From Octopus vulgaris (taxonomy: Eukaryota): a stretch of DNA of 64,000 nt. Below the pieces are notes generated by a model. It worked only from the letters and a program-made list of their open reading frames with translations, was not told where the DNA came from and made no database searches. The position numbers and the translations under genes are program-made. This document shows positions 40,292 to 52,885 of this stretch, piece after piece; the stretch's first letter is position 1; every line of letters starts with the position of its first letter. The stretch spans positions 204,910,001-204,974,000 of the forward strand of contig OX597815.1 in the NCBI GenBank assembly GCA_951406725.2. Reading direction: 5' to 3'.

Positions 40292-40364
40292 GGGCTTGTG
40301 GCGCAATGGATAACGCGTCTGACTACGGATCAGAAGATTCCAGGTTCGAATCCTTGCAAGCTGG
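40292..40364 (+). tRNA. tRNA-Arg(ACG), possibly a pseudogene
   Basis: GGGCTTGTGGCGCAATGGATAACGCGTCTGACTACGGATCAGAAGATTCCAGGTTCGAATCCTTGCAAGCTGG matches metazoan tRNA-Arg-ACG through the D arm, anticodon arm and T loop. G1:G72 mismatch and one T-stem mismatch. TTTT at 40371-40374. Confidence 0.85.
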
Positions 40365-40496
40365 CATTCGTTTTATGTCTCATGAGTGTATATCAGCACG
40401 TGTGCATATCTGTGTTGTTGTTGTCAGTAAATAAGAGTTAGCAAACATAAGTTCGTGAGTAGTAATTCCCGACAGCACCATGGGATACATGTTTCC

Positions 40497-40539
40497 CTAC
40501 GGGTCAGAAGATTCCGTGTTCGAATCCTGACAAGTTCGC
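40497..40539 (+). pseudogene. 3' half of a second tRNA-Arg(ACG)
   Basis: CTACGGGTCAGAAGATTCCGTGTTCGAATCCTGACAAGTTCG parallels the 3' half of 40292-40364. Confidence 0.75.
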
Positions 40540-40629
40540 ATGCATTTCAAATGGCGGTGCCCCAGTATGGCCACAGCTCGTGAGATGAAACTAGAATCAA
40601 TCAATTTCCCGGTTCAGATCATTATGGCA

Positions 40630-40672
<43 letters not shown>

Positions 40673-40812
40673 TATATATCAAATTCAAGCAAAACATTAT
40701 GGGTGATGTACAACTGAGTCTCTCCGGAGAGTTAAAGCATATTAAGCACAATAGTTGGGAGCTTATTCGGGTTTCCATAACTTTTAAACGACTAATAACG
40801 GGCCACCATTTA

Positions 40813-41670
40813 GCTACAGAGTCAACCCTCAGGATATCACTGGTACACATTGCTGCAGAGTTAACCCTCAGGATATCACTGGTACTCATTACTGCAGAGT
40901 TAACCCTCAGGATATCACTGGTACTCATTGCTGCAGAGTTAACCCTCAGGATATCACTGGTGCTCATTGCTGCAGAGTTAACCCTCAGGATATCACTGGT
41001 ACTCATTGCTGCAGAGTTAACCCTCAGGATATCACTGGTACTCATTGCTGCAGAGTTAACCCTCAGGATATCACTGGTACTCATTGCTGCAGAGTTAAGC
41101 CTCAGGATATCACTGGTACTCATTGCTGCAGAGTTAACCCTCAGGATATCACTGGTACTCATTGCTGCAGAGTTAAGCCTCAGGATATCACTGGTACTCA
41201 TTGCTGCAGAGTTAACCCTCAGGATATCACTGGTACTCATTGCTGCAGAGTTAACCCTCAGGATATCACTGGTACTCATTGCTGCAGAGTTAAGCCTCAG
41301 GATATCACTGGTACTCATTGCTGCAGAGTTAACCCTCAGGATATCACTGGTACTCATTGCTGCAGAGTTAAGCCTCAGGATATCACTGGTACTCATTGCT
41401 GCAGAGTTAAGCCTCAGGATATCACTGGTACTCATTGCTGCAGAGTTAAGCCTCAGGATATCACTGGTACTCATTGCTGCAGAGTTAACCCTCAGGATAT
41501 CACTGGTACTCATTGCTGCAGAGTTAAGCCTCAGGATATCACTGGTACTCATTGCTGCAGAGTTAAGCCTCAGGATATCACTGGTACTCATTGCTGCAGA
41601 GTTAACCCTCAGAATATCACTGGTACTCATTGCTGCAGAGTTAACCCTCAGGATATCACTGGTACTCATT
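40813..41670. repeat. Minisatellite, 22 x 39 bp
   Basis: Unit GCTGCAGAGTTAA(C/G)CCTCAGGATATCACTGGTACTCATT; 858 bp = 22 units; no spacers. Confidence 0.98.
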
Positions 41671-41994
41671 TTCAGCTGAGTGCACTGGGCTGTCCGCTCA
41701 AAGACAACGTGCCATCCACTCCGGAAATCGAATCTATGATCTGTTGATCGTAAACCGAAACCGCTACATCACACCTTCATGGAGTGGACAATGCAAAATA
41801 CGTGAATGCCATGAAAGATCACAAGAGATTATGAGCTCTAACATTTAAGATGTGTCGTAGATTTTTATCTTTGTGTTGCTCATAAATAGGTAAGGTCTAG
41901 CATTGAGAGTTTCTTTGACAAGTTTGTGATTTGGTTTTGATGTTTATAAACGAATCTAGGTTGCCATGTATCCATTGTAGGATGTTATCATGAT

Positions 41995-42405
41995 CTCTCT
42001 TTTACTCTTTTACTTGTTTCAGTCATTTGACTGCGGCCATGCTGGAGCACCGCCTTTAGTCGAGCAAATCGACCCCGGGACTTATTCTTTGCAAGCCTAG
42101 TACTTAGTCTATCTTTCTCTTTTGCCGAACCGCTAAGTGAAGGGGACGTAAACACACCAGCATCGGTTGTCAAGCGCTGTTGGGGCGACAAACACAGACA
42201 CACAAACACCTACACACACATACATATATATATACATATATACGACGGGCTTCTTTCAGTTTCCGTCTACCAAATCCACTCACAAGGCTTTGGTCGGCTC
42301 GAGGCTATAGTAGAAGACACTTGCCCAATGTGCCACGCAGAGGGACTGAACCCGGAACCATGTGGTTCGTAAGCAAGCTACTTACCACACAGCCACTCCT
42401 GCGCC
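41995..42405 (-). mobile_element. SINE family C
   Basis: Full body. Confidence 0.9.
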
Positions 42406-43015
42406 TCTGTTCATTAAAGCAATGCATAATTGGTATGCGAAACAGTTTCATGTCGATGATACATGTACAAAGGTTATTAAGGAGTCAAGGGTGACATCAA
42501 TAGCACACATGTATGCATAGTAAGGTGTACTCAGTTTTGGGAAAGAGTTTGTAATATTAAACATTGGCTTCAGATTTTGGCACAAAGCCAGCAATTTCAG
42601 GGGAGATGTTAGTCGATTACATCGACCTGGTGTTCAACTGATACTTATGTTATCGACCCCGAAGGGTAAATGCCGAAGTCGACACCCGCGGAATCTGAAC
42701 TCAGAACGTGAAGTCTGATGAAATGCTGCTAAGCATTTTGTCCGGCGTGGTAACGCTTCTGCCAGTTGACCTCCTCTGTAATATTTGTTTCAAATTTTTG
42801 CACAAGGCCAGCAATTGTGAGGGGGGGGATGCAAGTCGATTACATTGACCTAAATATTCAACTAGTGCTTCCTTTAACAACCGCGAAAGAATGAAAGTCA
42901 ACCCCGGCGGCATTTGAACGCAGAACGTAAAGTCGGATGAAATGCGGCTTAGCATTCTGTCCGGCACGGTAACGATTCTGCCAACTCACCGCCTCTGTAA
43001 TATTAAATATTAAGA

Positions 43016-43056
<41 letters not shown>

Positions 43057-43754
43057 CATATTTACACCGGTGTTTATTGACAGGTACCTTCACTCTACGA
43101 TGAAGAGTACCTCTACCTGTAATACATACAATGTGTTTAGGATTATATATGATAAACATATTCAATGTCGCTGTGAATTTAGGACATATTACGATGCATT
43201 GGTGCTCTAATTATGAAAGAGAAAAAAACAACAATTCTTGATCCAGTAGATCTGTAATCATTGACGTTCATACCAATTCCGTTTTATTTTCAGAAACAGT
43301 CTACCTTCAACTACGTTATATACTGTTCTCCATTTATCCATTTTATTTTGTTAAGGAACTTTATGGTGTACTTTAAGGAAGATTTGGTTGCTATTTCTAG
43401 CAGGTCGAGAAATCAAGTAAAGGTTACGTTTTCGTTGTTCTGATTTCCATGGACATAAACAGTGGGGCTTATTCGGCTGCTGGACATAGCCCCGTGTTAA
43501 GTTGAGCTTTAATTCAATACTTTGTAAATGGAAAGAATGTATTCCCTTTGTTGATTTTCCATATTGGTGCAAAACCTGGAAATTGTTGAGGATGACTAGA
43601 TTCAATTGGACCGACACCTTTATAATAGAATGCTTCAGCGGGATTCTCTACTCAGAAACGTAAAGAAATGCCAACTAAATACAGTAAGGAATGTATTCTA
43701 GCGATATTCCACTTATTCTGCTTTCCCATCTCATTACAAAGATAAGCTTTTATA

Positions 43755-43984
43755 CTCTTTTACTCTTTTACTCTTTTACTTGTTTCAGTCATTTGACTGC
43801 GGCCATGCTGGAGTACCGCCTTTTTTTTAGTCGAGCAACTCGACCCCGGGACTTATTCTTTTGTAAGCCCAGTACTTATTCTATCGGTCTCTTTTTGCCG
43901 AACCGCTAAGTTACGGGGACATAAACACACCAGCATCGGTTGTCAAGCAATGCTAGGGGGACAAACAAAGACACACAAACACAA

Positions 43985-44029
<45 letters not shown>

Positions 44030-44195
44030 TACGACAGGCTTCTTTCAGTTTCCGTCTACCAAATCCACTCACAAGGCATTGGTCGGCCCGGGGCTATAGC
44101 AGAAGACACTTGCCCAAGGTGCCACGCAGTGGGACTGAACCTGGAACCATGTGGTTGGTTAGCAAGCTACTTACCACACAGCCACTCCTGCGCCT
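43755..44195 (-). mobile_element. SINE family C
   Basis: Full body with an (ACTCTTTT)n tail. Confidence 0.9.
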
Positions 44196-44445
44196 TTTAT
44201 ATTCATTAAAATGTATTCATTTAATCGTAGTAACTTATCGTCCATAATTATACAGATTCCTATAATGTGGCGAGCTGGCAGAGCCATCACAGTACCGGCC
44301 GAAATGCTTATCTACATTTCTTCTAGCTTTACATTCTGAGCTCATATTCCACCGAGTCGACTTTGCCTTTCATCCTTTTGGGATCGATAAAATAAGTACT
44401 AGTTGAGTACTGGAGCTGTTGCGATCGACTTACCCGACCCTACCC

Positions 44446-45038
44446 GGATCTTCTCCTTTTGAACGGCAGACAATTTCTAGTTAACTAAACACTTTAAAAC
44501 TTTGTATACTGGTAGAATGTGTCAAAATAAAACATTTTTTTCACTTGGCTTTCTTGAGAAAATTGTAATTTGTTTGTTTAACGTAGTTTAATTTTTCGAA
44601 TTTTAACCAATCCTATGCTCTCTTTTGAGCTAAACTCATTTGCTGCGTCTAAAACTGAGACAACATCCTGTAACTAACCCTAACCCTAACCCTAACCCTA
44701 AATTTTTTTTTCTTAATTGTTAAATTAATTTAATTGTTACGCGTGTAAAAAAACTAAAGCAATGGAATTAAATTAATTTAACAATTAAGAAAAAAAAATT
44801 GGGGGTTAGGAGGGAGGTTTAGAGTTAGTTACAGGATGTTGTCTCAGTTTTAGACGCAGCAAATGATTTTAGTTGAATGGAGGTAATCGATTGGTTAAAA
44901 TTGCCGAAATGCTCGGATTTTCAGACGAAATATCTTACAAACTATAGAATTTTCTCAATAAAACCAAGAGAAAAATGTTGTTTTATAAACACATTCTACC
45001 AGTTGTGTTGACATCTGCCGTTCAAAAGGAAAAGATCC
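44446..45038. mobile_element. MITE with long imperfect TIRs and an 8-bp TSD (Merlin-like)
   Basis: Termini GGATCTTCTCCTTTTGAACGGCAGA / TCTGCCGTTCAAAAGGAAAAGATCC. TSD CCCTACCC at 44438-44445 and 45039-45046. Internal (TAACCC)4. One-ended relative at ~15607-15800. Confidence 0.85.
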
Positions 45039-45194
45039 CCCTACCCTACTCCCAAAATTCCAGGCCTTGTGTCAATTGTAGAAAGGACGATTATAGATTC
45101 ATATTAAAATGTATCGTTTCAAACGTAATACTTTCAACGGTTTTATCTAAACAGGAGTTCCCTTTCAGTGGGATAGGCTATTAACGGAACTAAT

Positions 45195-45580
45195 GGAAGC
45201 AATCCGTCGGTTACGACGACGAGGGTTCCGGTTGATCCGAATCAACGGAACAGCCTGCTCGTGAAATTAACGTGTAAGTGGCTGAGCACTCCACAGACAC
45301 GTGCACCCTTAACGTAGTTCTCGGGGATATTCAGCGTGACACAGAGAGTGACAAGGCCGGCCCCTTGAAATACAGGTACAACAGAAAAAGGAAGTAAGAG
45401 GGAGAGAAAATTGTGGTGAAAGAGTACAGCAGGGATCACCACCATCCCCTGCCGGAGCCTCGTGGAGCTTTCTAGGTGTTTTCGCTCAATAAACACTCAC
45501 AACGCCCGGTCTGGGAATCGAAACCGCGATCCTACAGCCGCGAGTCCGCTGCCCTAACCACTGGGCCATTGCGCCTCCAC
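45195..45580 (-). mobile_element. SINE family B with TSD
   Basis: Full body; AACGGAACTAAT on both flanks. Confidence 0.9.
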
Positions 45581-46205
45581 GAACGGAACTAATACACTAT
45601 TCCCAACAGCTTTTTAAAACTGCACTCATTGCCCTCGTGCTTTTTGTTCTACTCTCACGTCACCCCATGTCATGTAAATCAACCAAATAAAGCTTAAACG
45701 ATGTAGGTTCGATCCTTTCACTGACACAAAAAGAAAATAAAAATTCAGATTACTTGATCTAATTATGTCTGAACAGCAAGAAAAACCATAAAGAAACTGA
45801 CCCCCCTCTGCTCCCTTCACCTATTTCTCCCTGTAAACTAAAGAAACATTAACCTTTAAGGTTGTATCAATACAGCGTTTAATAAAGTATCATATTGTAG
45901 TTCAAGTGAATATTTACTTCGACCCAGACAGCTTCTCGCCTGCTTCTCGCCAATCTCAAACGAACATGCTGTTGTTGTTACTGTTGTTGTAGTAACTTTA
46001 TAACATTCTAAAAACGCAGGTGGAGGACCTTCATACGTTTGAAAGGCGACATTGGGGTTAACTATCATCTGTCAAGGCAGTATTTCAAAAACAAAATTGC
46101 TACTGGTAAACCTGTTTTTTAATATAGTTCTTCATCGAAAAAGAAAAGAAAAACTTTAATGAACAGTTACAAAGGCGAAGTTTTGTAGTAATCATCCTCA
46201 CTGTA

Positions 46206-46249
<44 letters not shown>

Positions 46250-46332
46250 CAAGAATCCAAAAAGACAACAACGCGAGGATGTGGAACAAATAAAGTATTA
46301 TTGGACGCTCAGGAAAGAAGGGAAGAAGGAGG

Positions 46333-46367
46333 GTATGACGTTTCGATCGGAGCTCTTCGTCGGAAAC
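46333..46367 (-). ncRNA. Minimal hammerhead-like motif in a (TA)n-embedded repeat (46245-46435)
   Basis: Minus strand GTTT-CCGACGA-A-GAGC-TCC-GATC-GAAA-CG-TC-ATAC. Sister copy at 57884-57918. Confidence 0.5.
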
Positions 46368-46449
46368 ATAGGAGAAAGAAAGATCCCGAGGTGGGAGGAC
46401 AGAGGAAAAAAAAAATTGCAAGTAGTCTTCACGAATATATATATATATA

Positions 46450-46620
46450 GGCGTAGGAGTGGCTGTGTGATAAGCAGCTTGCCTACAACCCACATTGTTC
46501 CGGGTTCAGTCCCACTGCGTGGCACCTTGGGCAAATGTCTCCTGCTATAGCCTCGGGCCGACCAAAACCTTGTGAGTGGATTTGGTAGACGGAAACTGAA
46601 AGAAGCCCATCGTACATATA

Positions 46621-46683
<63 letters not shown>

Positions 46684-46900
46684 GTGGTGTGTGTATATAT
46701 TTCTGTGTCTGCCCCCCCCTCAACATCACTTGCCAACCGATACTGGTGTGTTTACGTCCCCGTAACTCAGCGGTTCGGCAAAAGAGGCCGATAGAATAAG
46801 TACTAGGCTTACAAAGAATAAGTCCTGAGGTCGATTTGCTCGACTAAAGACGGTGCTCCAGCATGGCCAAAGTCAAATGACTGAAACAAATAAAAGAATA
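46450..46900 (+). mobile_element. SINE family C
   Basis: Full body. Confidence 0.9.
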
Positions 46901-48420
46901 TATATATATATATATATATATTCAGAACATGTTCTACCCATATTTGTGTATATAGAGAAATATAAATATTTCTAAAACTCGTTGTTAGTTGAAAATATAA
47001 GCTGTAAATACAATATAATAAAATTAAAGTGTTAGGTCTCAGGTGTTCTTGGCTGGCGAGACACAATACGTCGAGACACCTGTGTCTCAGAATCTCGTGC
47101 GCTAATGAGCTGACTGTCGTCGTAAAAGGAAGAAGTTATTCCCTTATGACGTACACGGCAGTGATCAGCATATTTTGCGTTCGATCCTTCCTCGAACTAT
47201 TAAGAATAAATAAAAACTTTCGAAATCAAAATATATTCCAGTATAATGATTTTTTCCCTCGCCTCTCATCTTGGAACAAACTGCCATTGTTGTTGCTGAC
47301 GTCAAGTCAGCCTTTGCTGGTTAAAAATATTATTAAAGACATTCCAGTCTTGATCACCCCTTCTTTTCCGATGTCTAGGATTACATAAGGGACCTCAGTC
47401 GGTTTCGGCTGACATATATGTGCAAACTTGGGAATGAATTTTATTTTATTTTATTTATTTATCTAGAAAGATTGTGCCCACACATGCAAATCTCCCCTCT
47501 CCTACGATGTCGAAAGGTCACTGACTTAATTTGATAGATTGGTACCTTTGCCACCGAAGCTGTCAGAACGTAAGGAGACAAAACAGCTACCACCTGTCCC
47601 TTGTCTGACCTTCTAAGACTTACGTTAATCAATAACTCAGAAGAAATAAAATACAAACTTGACTTAAGCGAGATTTGAACTCAGAGGGCAAAGAATCAAA
47701 GCTAAAATCGTGATGCATTCGCCGCTTGGCCTCTTTGCCCGCATTATTCAAAATGAAATCCCCTTCCTTCTTTTTTTCTTTTTCCCCATCATGTATTCTT
47801 GCAAGGCTTTCAAGTAGTTTGGTGGTCAAGTGTAATGGTCTGAATTCCTATGAACTGGAAAGATAACAAATTAGGTTTTGTTGAACATGGGACTTTCAAA
47901 GACTCTTTAGCTTGTACCGAGGATGGGTCCCTGTAGTATGATTTCTTTGGAAATCATTGTTAGATTTTAGAATTATAATAGTTCTGTCCAGTTTCCTAGT
48001 ATTTGCCACTGTCCATACGAACAGCGAGTGAAATTACCCTTTATTCTCTAAAAGATGATGTATTTTAAACATATGATTTCATTTACTTTAGAGGCTTTTG
48101 AGCATTTGGATTTTTTTACTGCTGTTCTGGCATTTGAGCGAAAGAAAAAGGTTAATATTAGACTGCTTCATCAACGTGGTATTCTGGCGGAATCATTACT
48201 GCGCTGGGCAAAATGCTTAACAGCATTTCGCTCGTCTTTACGTTCTGAATTCAAATTCCATGGAGGTTGATTTTTGCCTTTCAGGGTCAATAAAACAAGT
48301 ACCAGTTGAGCACTGGAGTCGATGTAATCGACTTAACATCTCACCCGAAATTGTTGGCCTTTTACTAAAATTTAAAACCGATATTATGTTTTATTTTTTA
48401 TAATTATTATTTTTTTGTAT

Positions 48421-48908
48421 TTGCCAGTTTAGCCAATGAAAACACACGCACTATATATTTGGTGTTCACTTGCTTCAGCTTTATTTTATATTAATTGTAT
48501 TTGGCCAGAGTTCTTTTGTCACACTTCTGTGACCTCACCAGTGGTCCTTTGCTTTCTTCTTTCATTTTTGTGTATCTCCTTACTGAAGATCTGCCATTTT
48601 GTATTCACGTTGTTTGTGACTTTATTTGCGCATGCGTATGTCCCTGTGTGTGTCTATGCTTAGTAAGTGTGCGCAAATAAAGAAACGCAGGGATATACGC
48701 ATACGCAAATAAAGACACAACAGAAATACAAAATGGCAGATCATTAGTAAGGAGAGACAAAAAAGAAAGAAGAAAGCAAAGGACCACTGATGAGGTCACA
48801 GAAATGTAACGAAAGAACTCTGGCCGAAATATAATTAATATGAACTAAAGTTGAAGTAAGTGAACACCAAATGTATAGTGCGTGTGTTTTCACTGGCTAA
48901 ACTGGCAA
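48421..48908. repeat. Imperfect palindrome with ~230-bp arms
   Basis: TTGCCAGTTTAGCCA.TGAAAACACACGCACTATA... is mirrored by ...TATAGTGCGTGTGTTTTCA.TGGCTAAACTGGCAA; the arms can be followed inward to ~48650. Confidence 0.92.
48781..48825 (+). ncRNA. Hammerhead ribozyme motif with canonical core
   Basis: (GGA)CCA-CTGATGA-G-GTCACA-GAAA-TGTAAC-GAAA-GAAC-TC-TGG(CC). The mirror copy at 48503-48547 (-) has CTGGTGA and AAAA core changes. Confidence 0.75.
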
Positions 48909-50024
48909 CATCACCATCCCCAAATACAACAATATCTGCTTCAACACACGAATACAGATCAAGAATCTTGCAAAACGAATATATAAACATAACAAAGAAA
49001 TTTACTAGCTGACGGAGCATAGATATGTTACTTGTTTTCTTGTGGCATACGATTAATTTATTGCTCTAATCGTTGATTCTTTATTGCAAGCACCCTGACC
49101 TTTTAAGGGCTCCGGAGTCCTCAAAAGTCCTCCAGGTCTATCAAGAAGGACATGCGTATTCTCTCCCCCTCTCTGATTTAACAATTTGGAAAACTGTATC
49201 TATGAATCGGATGCATTGTTTCATGTATATATGACCTCCACAGCCTATCCTGTTTCATTTGGCTGTTAATAGGAATTTTATGGATTCTATGTTACACATT
49301 CGCTATGTTGCAGTATATTCTACGATGTTTTTGTTCCATTTGATGTAGAATTGCAAAGCTAAGGTAAGACCACAACTGTTATTGCTTTGCTATTGTTTAA
49401 TTACATTCAAGTAGTTAAGGACAGACTAAACAGACCTATTGTCATAAATATTCCAACCAAAGCAATCTCAGCTTTCCTTTGACCATAATACATCTTGAAC
49501 TATAGTTGTTCAACGTGTCTTCCTTTTTAAGACAGTATGGTGTTATTTTTCATTAAAAAAATTCACTGCTATTTTTAACAAGCTAAGCTACCACGGAGAG
49601 GCGTCATCGTAGAACAACTTTCGCCTTCGATTTTACTCCTGTTTGGTATCTGACCACACGTTGTTTTCTTTTTCTGTGTAGGCTTCATATCATTCAGCAA
49701 ATGTTTCACTTTGACCAATTATCTTCATGCATTTTTTCACATTATTTTTACAATTGGACAGTTGAATGTCGTTTGATATTTTAATTCTCCAGAGTTTGGT
49801 TTTAGAGATTTTTAATTTGGTAGTTCTAAAAAGCTGAATAACCACGTATAGCCTTCATCATTGGTTCAGTCCCTTAGCTGATGATGAGGGTAGCATCGGT
49901 GTTGTTGCTGGTGCTTAGCCCTAGTAAAGCTCTGTTAGGGCAGTCCAATGATCAGAGAGATTTCAGTTGGGGCAATATAGTCTTTCTTAGTGTATCTAGG
50001 ACTGTGGAGGAGCAATGGCCCAGT

Positions 50025-50380
50025 GGTTAGGGCAGCAGACTCGCGGTCGTAGGATCGCGGTTTCGATTCCCAGACCAGGCGTTGTGCTTATTGAACGAAA
50101 ACACCTAAAGCTCCACGGGGATCTGGTAGGGGGTGGTATCGAACCCTGCTGTACTCTTTCACCACAGCTTTCTCTCACTCTTTCTTTCTGTTTCTGTCAT
50201 ACCTGTATTTCAAAGAGGCCAGCCTTGTCATACTCTGTGTCACGCTGAATATCCCCGAGAACTACGTTAAGAGTACACGCGTCTGTGGAGTGCTCAACCA
50301 CTCGCACGTTAATTTCACGAGCAGGCTGTTCCGTTGATCGGATCAACTGGAACCCTCGACGTCGTAACCGACGGAGTGCC
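50025..50380 (+). mobile_element. SINE family B, older copy
   Basis: Diverged full body. Confidence 0.85.
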
Positions 50381-51224
50381 ACGTTATCTAAGACTACATT
50401 ATCCAGTGTGTCTTTGCTTTGCTAAAACATCACAATCTGATTTGAAGCAGGATTTCGCTTTTGTTTCAAGAAATTAGAGTGAACAGCAACACATAGAAGA
50501 TTCCTTGTTAGCTTTTGTAGTGTTGTTGTTTAGCACGTGTCTGCCTTGATTGAGTAGGTATATGATTAAAGGCGCTTCATCCGTGACCAACCAGTCTTAT
50601 ATATGAAAGATTACATTGTCCAATGTGTCCTTTATTTGTTTAAAAAGAAAAAAAAAGGAACAAGAGTTGTTTTGTGTTTTAGTGTTGGTGTCGGTATCAA
50701 TGTTAAAGATGGCGGCGAAGTGTCGGCGTTACTGCAGTGGTCGGTCATTGTTACTTTTATTATTACTGCTGCTTCGACTGATTTTATTACTGCTTCTGTC
50801 ACTACCGCCATCTTTGCCATATTTAGCCTCGTTTCCGATGTCGTTGTTATTGCTGTTTTCGTCTTTTGTCACCGCGTTTTCTCTTTTCATTTCTCCTCCC
50901 ACACACACACACACACACTTGCTCCTATTTGATTGTTTGTTTGTTGGTTTGTTTTGGTGACTTTATTTATTTAATGACCTCTGCACGTCAGGACATGTCT
51001 GACAGCAACGCCAACATGCAAAATAGCGAATATAAGTGTCGGAGGTGGGAAATTCATATGTGTTAATAAACTGATGGCCACTGGCCTAGCTCTGTCGACC
51101 AGCTATAAAAACTAATCAGTTTCCGTTTCACAAGGACCCATGAGACCGTTATTCGATACACAATTGCTGTAGAGGTGAGCAAATGAGAGTCAAATCTCCT
51201 CCTGTGTAGAGCGTGGGGTTATAG

Positions 51225-51449
<225 letters not shown>

Positions 51450-51865
51450 TAACCTCTACGTAGTCGTTCACTCTGCTAGAACTAGCAGCTCAGTCTACCT
51501 CAGATTACGCGTTAAGTCTTAAATAACTACAAAAATAGATACTGTAATTTTTGGCATTCCTAAAATAGACAAGATAGACACATCTGGAATGCTTTTGATC
51601 ATAGTTCTGGATACTCTACATGGTCGGAAAACGTGCAAAAAAGTAGTAGCGAAATCTCCCTCAAATTACACCCTTCGGTCTTAAAAATGGAAGGGGGACA
51701 TCAGACAATGGAAGTTTTTTAACAGAGCTCTGTCCGAACAATAACAGTTCGGGGAAGATAAATATCGTCAGGGTAAGATGGAGTTGGTCGATATCATTGA
51801 CCCTAGTACTGGACTGGGGCATCATTTTATACACCAAAACTGCAAGGCTTGTGTCAAAATATGAA

Positions 51866-51900
<35 letters not shown>

Positions 51901-51910
51901 TTATTATTAT

Positions 51911-51977
<67 letters not shown>

Positions 51978-52219
51978 AGCAGTGGTCTGGCAGAAATGTT
52001 AGCGCGCCGGACAAAATGATAAGCAATATTTCCAACGCTTTTACATTCTGAGTTCAAATTCCGCCGAGGTCAACTTTGCCTTTCGGAGTCGATAAAATAA
52101 GTACCATTTGAATATTGGAATTGCTGTAATCGATTTACCCGCCCCAACTCCGAAATTACTGGCTTTATGCCAAAATATGAAACCTTTATCATTATTATTA
52201 CTATTATTATCAATATGAA

Positions 52220-52452
52220 GGCGGCGAGCTGGCAGAAACGTTAGCACGCTGGGCGAAATGCTTAGTGGTATTTCGTTTGCCGTTACGTTCTGAGTTCAAA
52301 TTCCGCCGAGGTTGACTTTGCCTTTCATCCTTTCGGGGTCGATAAATTAAGTACCAGTTACGCACTGGGGCCGATATAATCGACTTAATCCGTTTGTCCG
52401 TCCTTGTTTGTCCTCTCTGTGTGTACCCCCTTGTGGGCAGTAAAGAAATAAG
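52220..52452 (+). mobile_element. SINE family A
   Basis: Full body within a cluster of older related SINEs (51980-52640). Confidence 0.9.
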
Positions 52453-52667
52453 AATCCTTAACACGTTTGACGAAATACTTCCAACTCTTTACATTCGGAA
52501 TCCGAATCCCTCCGAGGTCGACTTTGCTTTTCATCCATTCAAGGTGGGGCTGGAGGTAGATAAATTATTAGTTAAATACAGGAGTAGATGTAATCTACTT
52601 GCCTCCCTCACCTTAAAATAACTAGTCTTGTGCCAAAATTAGAATCTTTTAACCTGATAATCTAGGA

Positions 52668-52885
52668 CAGTGCTTTTCAAACTTTTTGCTGGAGCGGAAC
52701 CCCAAGGAAACATTCCTCTGGCTCGAAGAACCCCTGTGCAAAATTTAATAGTCTTTTGCACACATATCTGCACAGGAGAATTAAAAATTACTGCCGATTT
52801 TAGCAGTTTTGTAACTTCTTGCGGAACCCCTGGACTGTACTGGCGGAACCCTAAGGTTCCGCGGAACACTGGTTGAAAACCACTG
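52668..52885. mobile_element. hAT MITE with 8-bp TSD
   Basis: TIRs CAGTGCTTTTCAA / TTGAAAACCACTG. TSD ATCTAGGA at 52660-52667 and 52886-52893. Confidence 0.92.

Noticed and set aside
40813-41670. CRISPR array or repeat-protein gene (351-aa and 326-aa ORFs)
   Set aside because: Units are contiguous with no unique spacers and there are no cas genes. The open frames follow from a 39-bp unit lacking stops in those frames.
47297-47304. CRE palindrome TGACGTCA in unique sequence
   Set aside because: A single 8-mer is expected by chance in 64 kb, and no linked TSS is evident.
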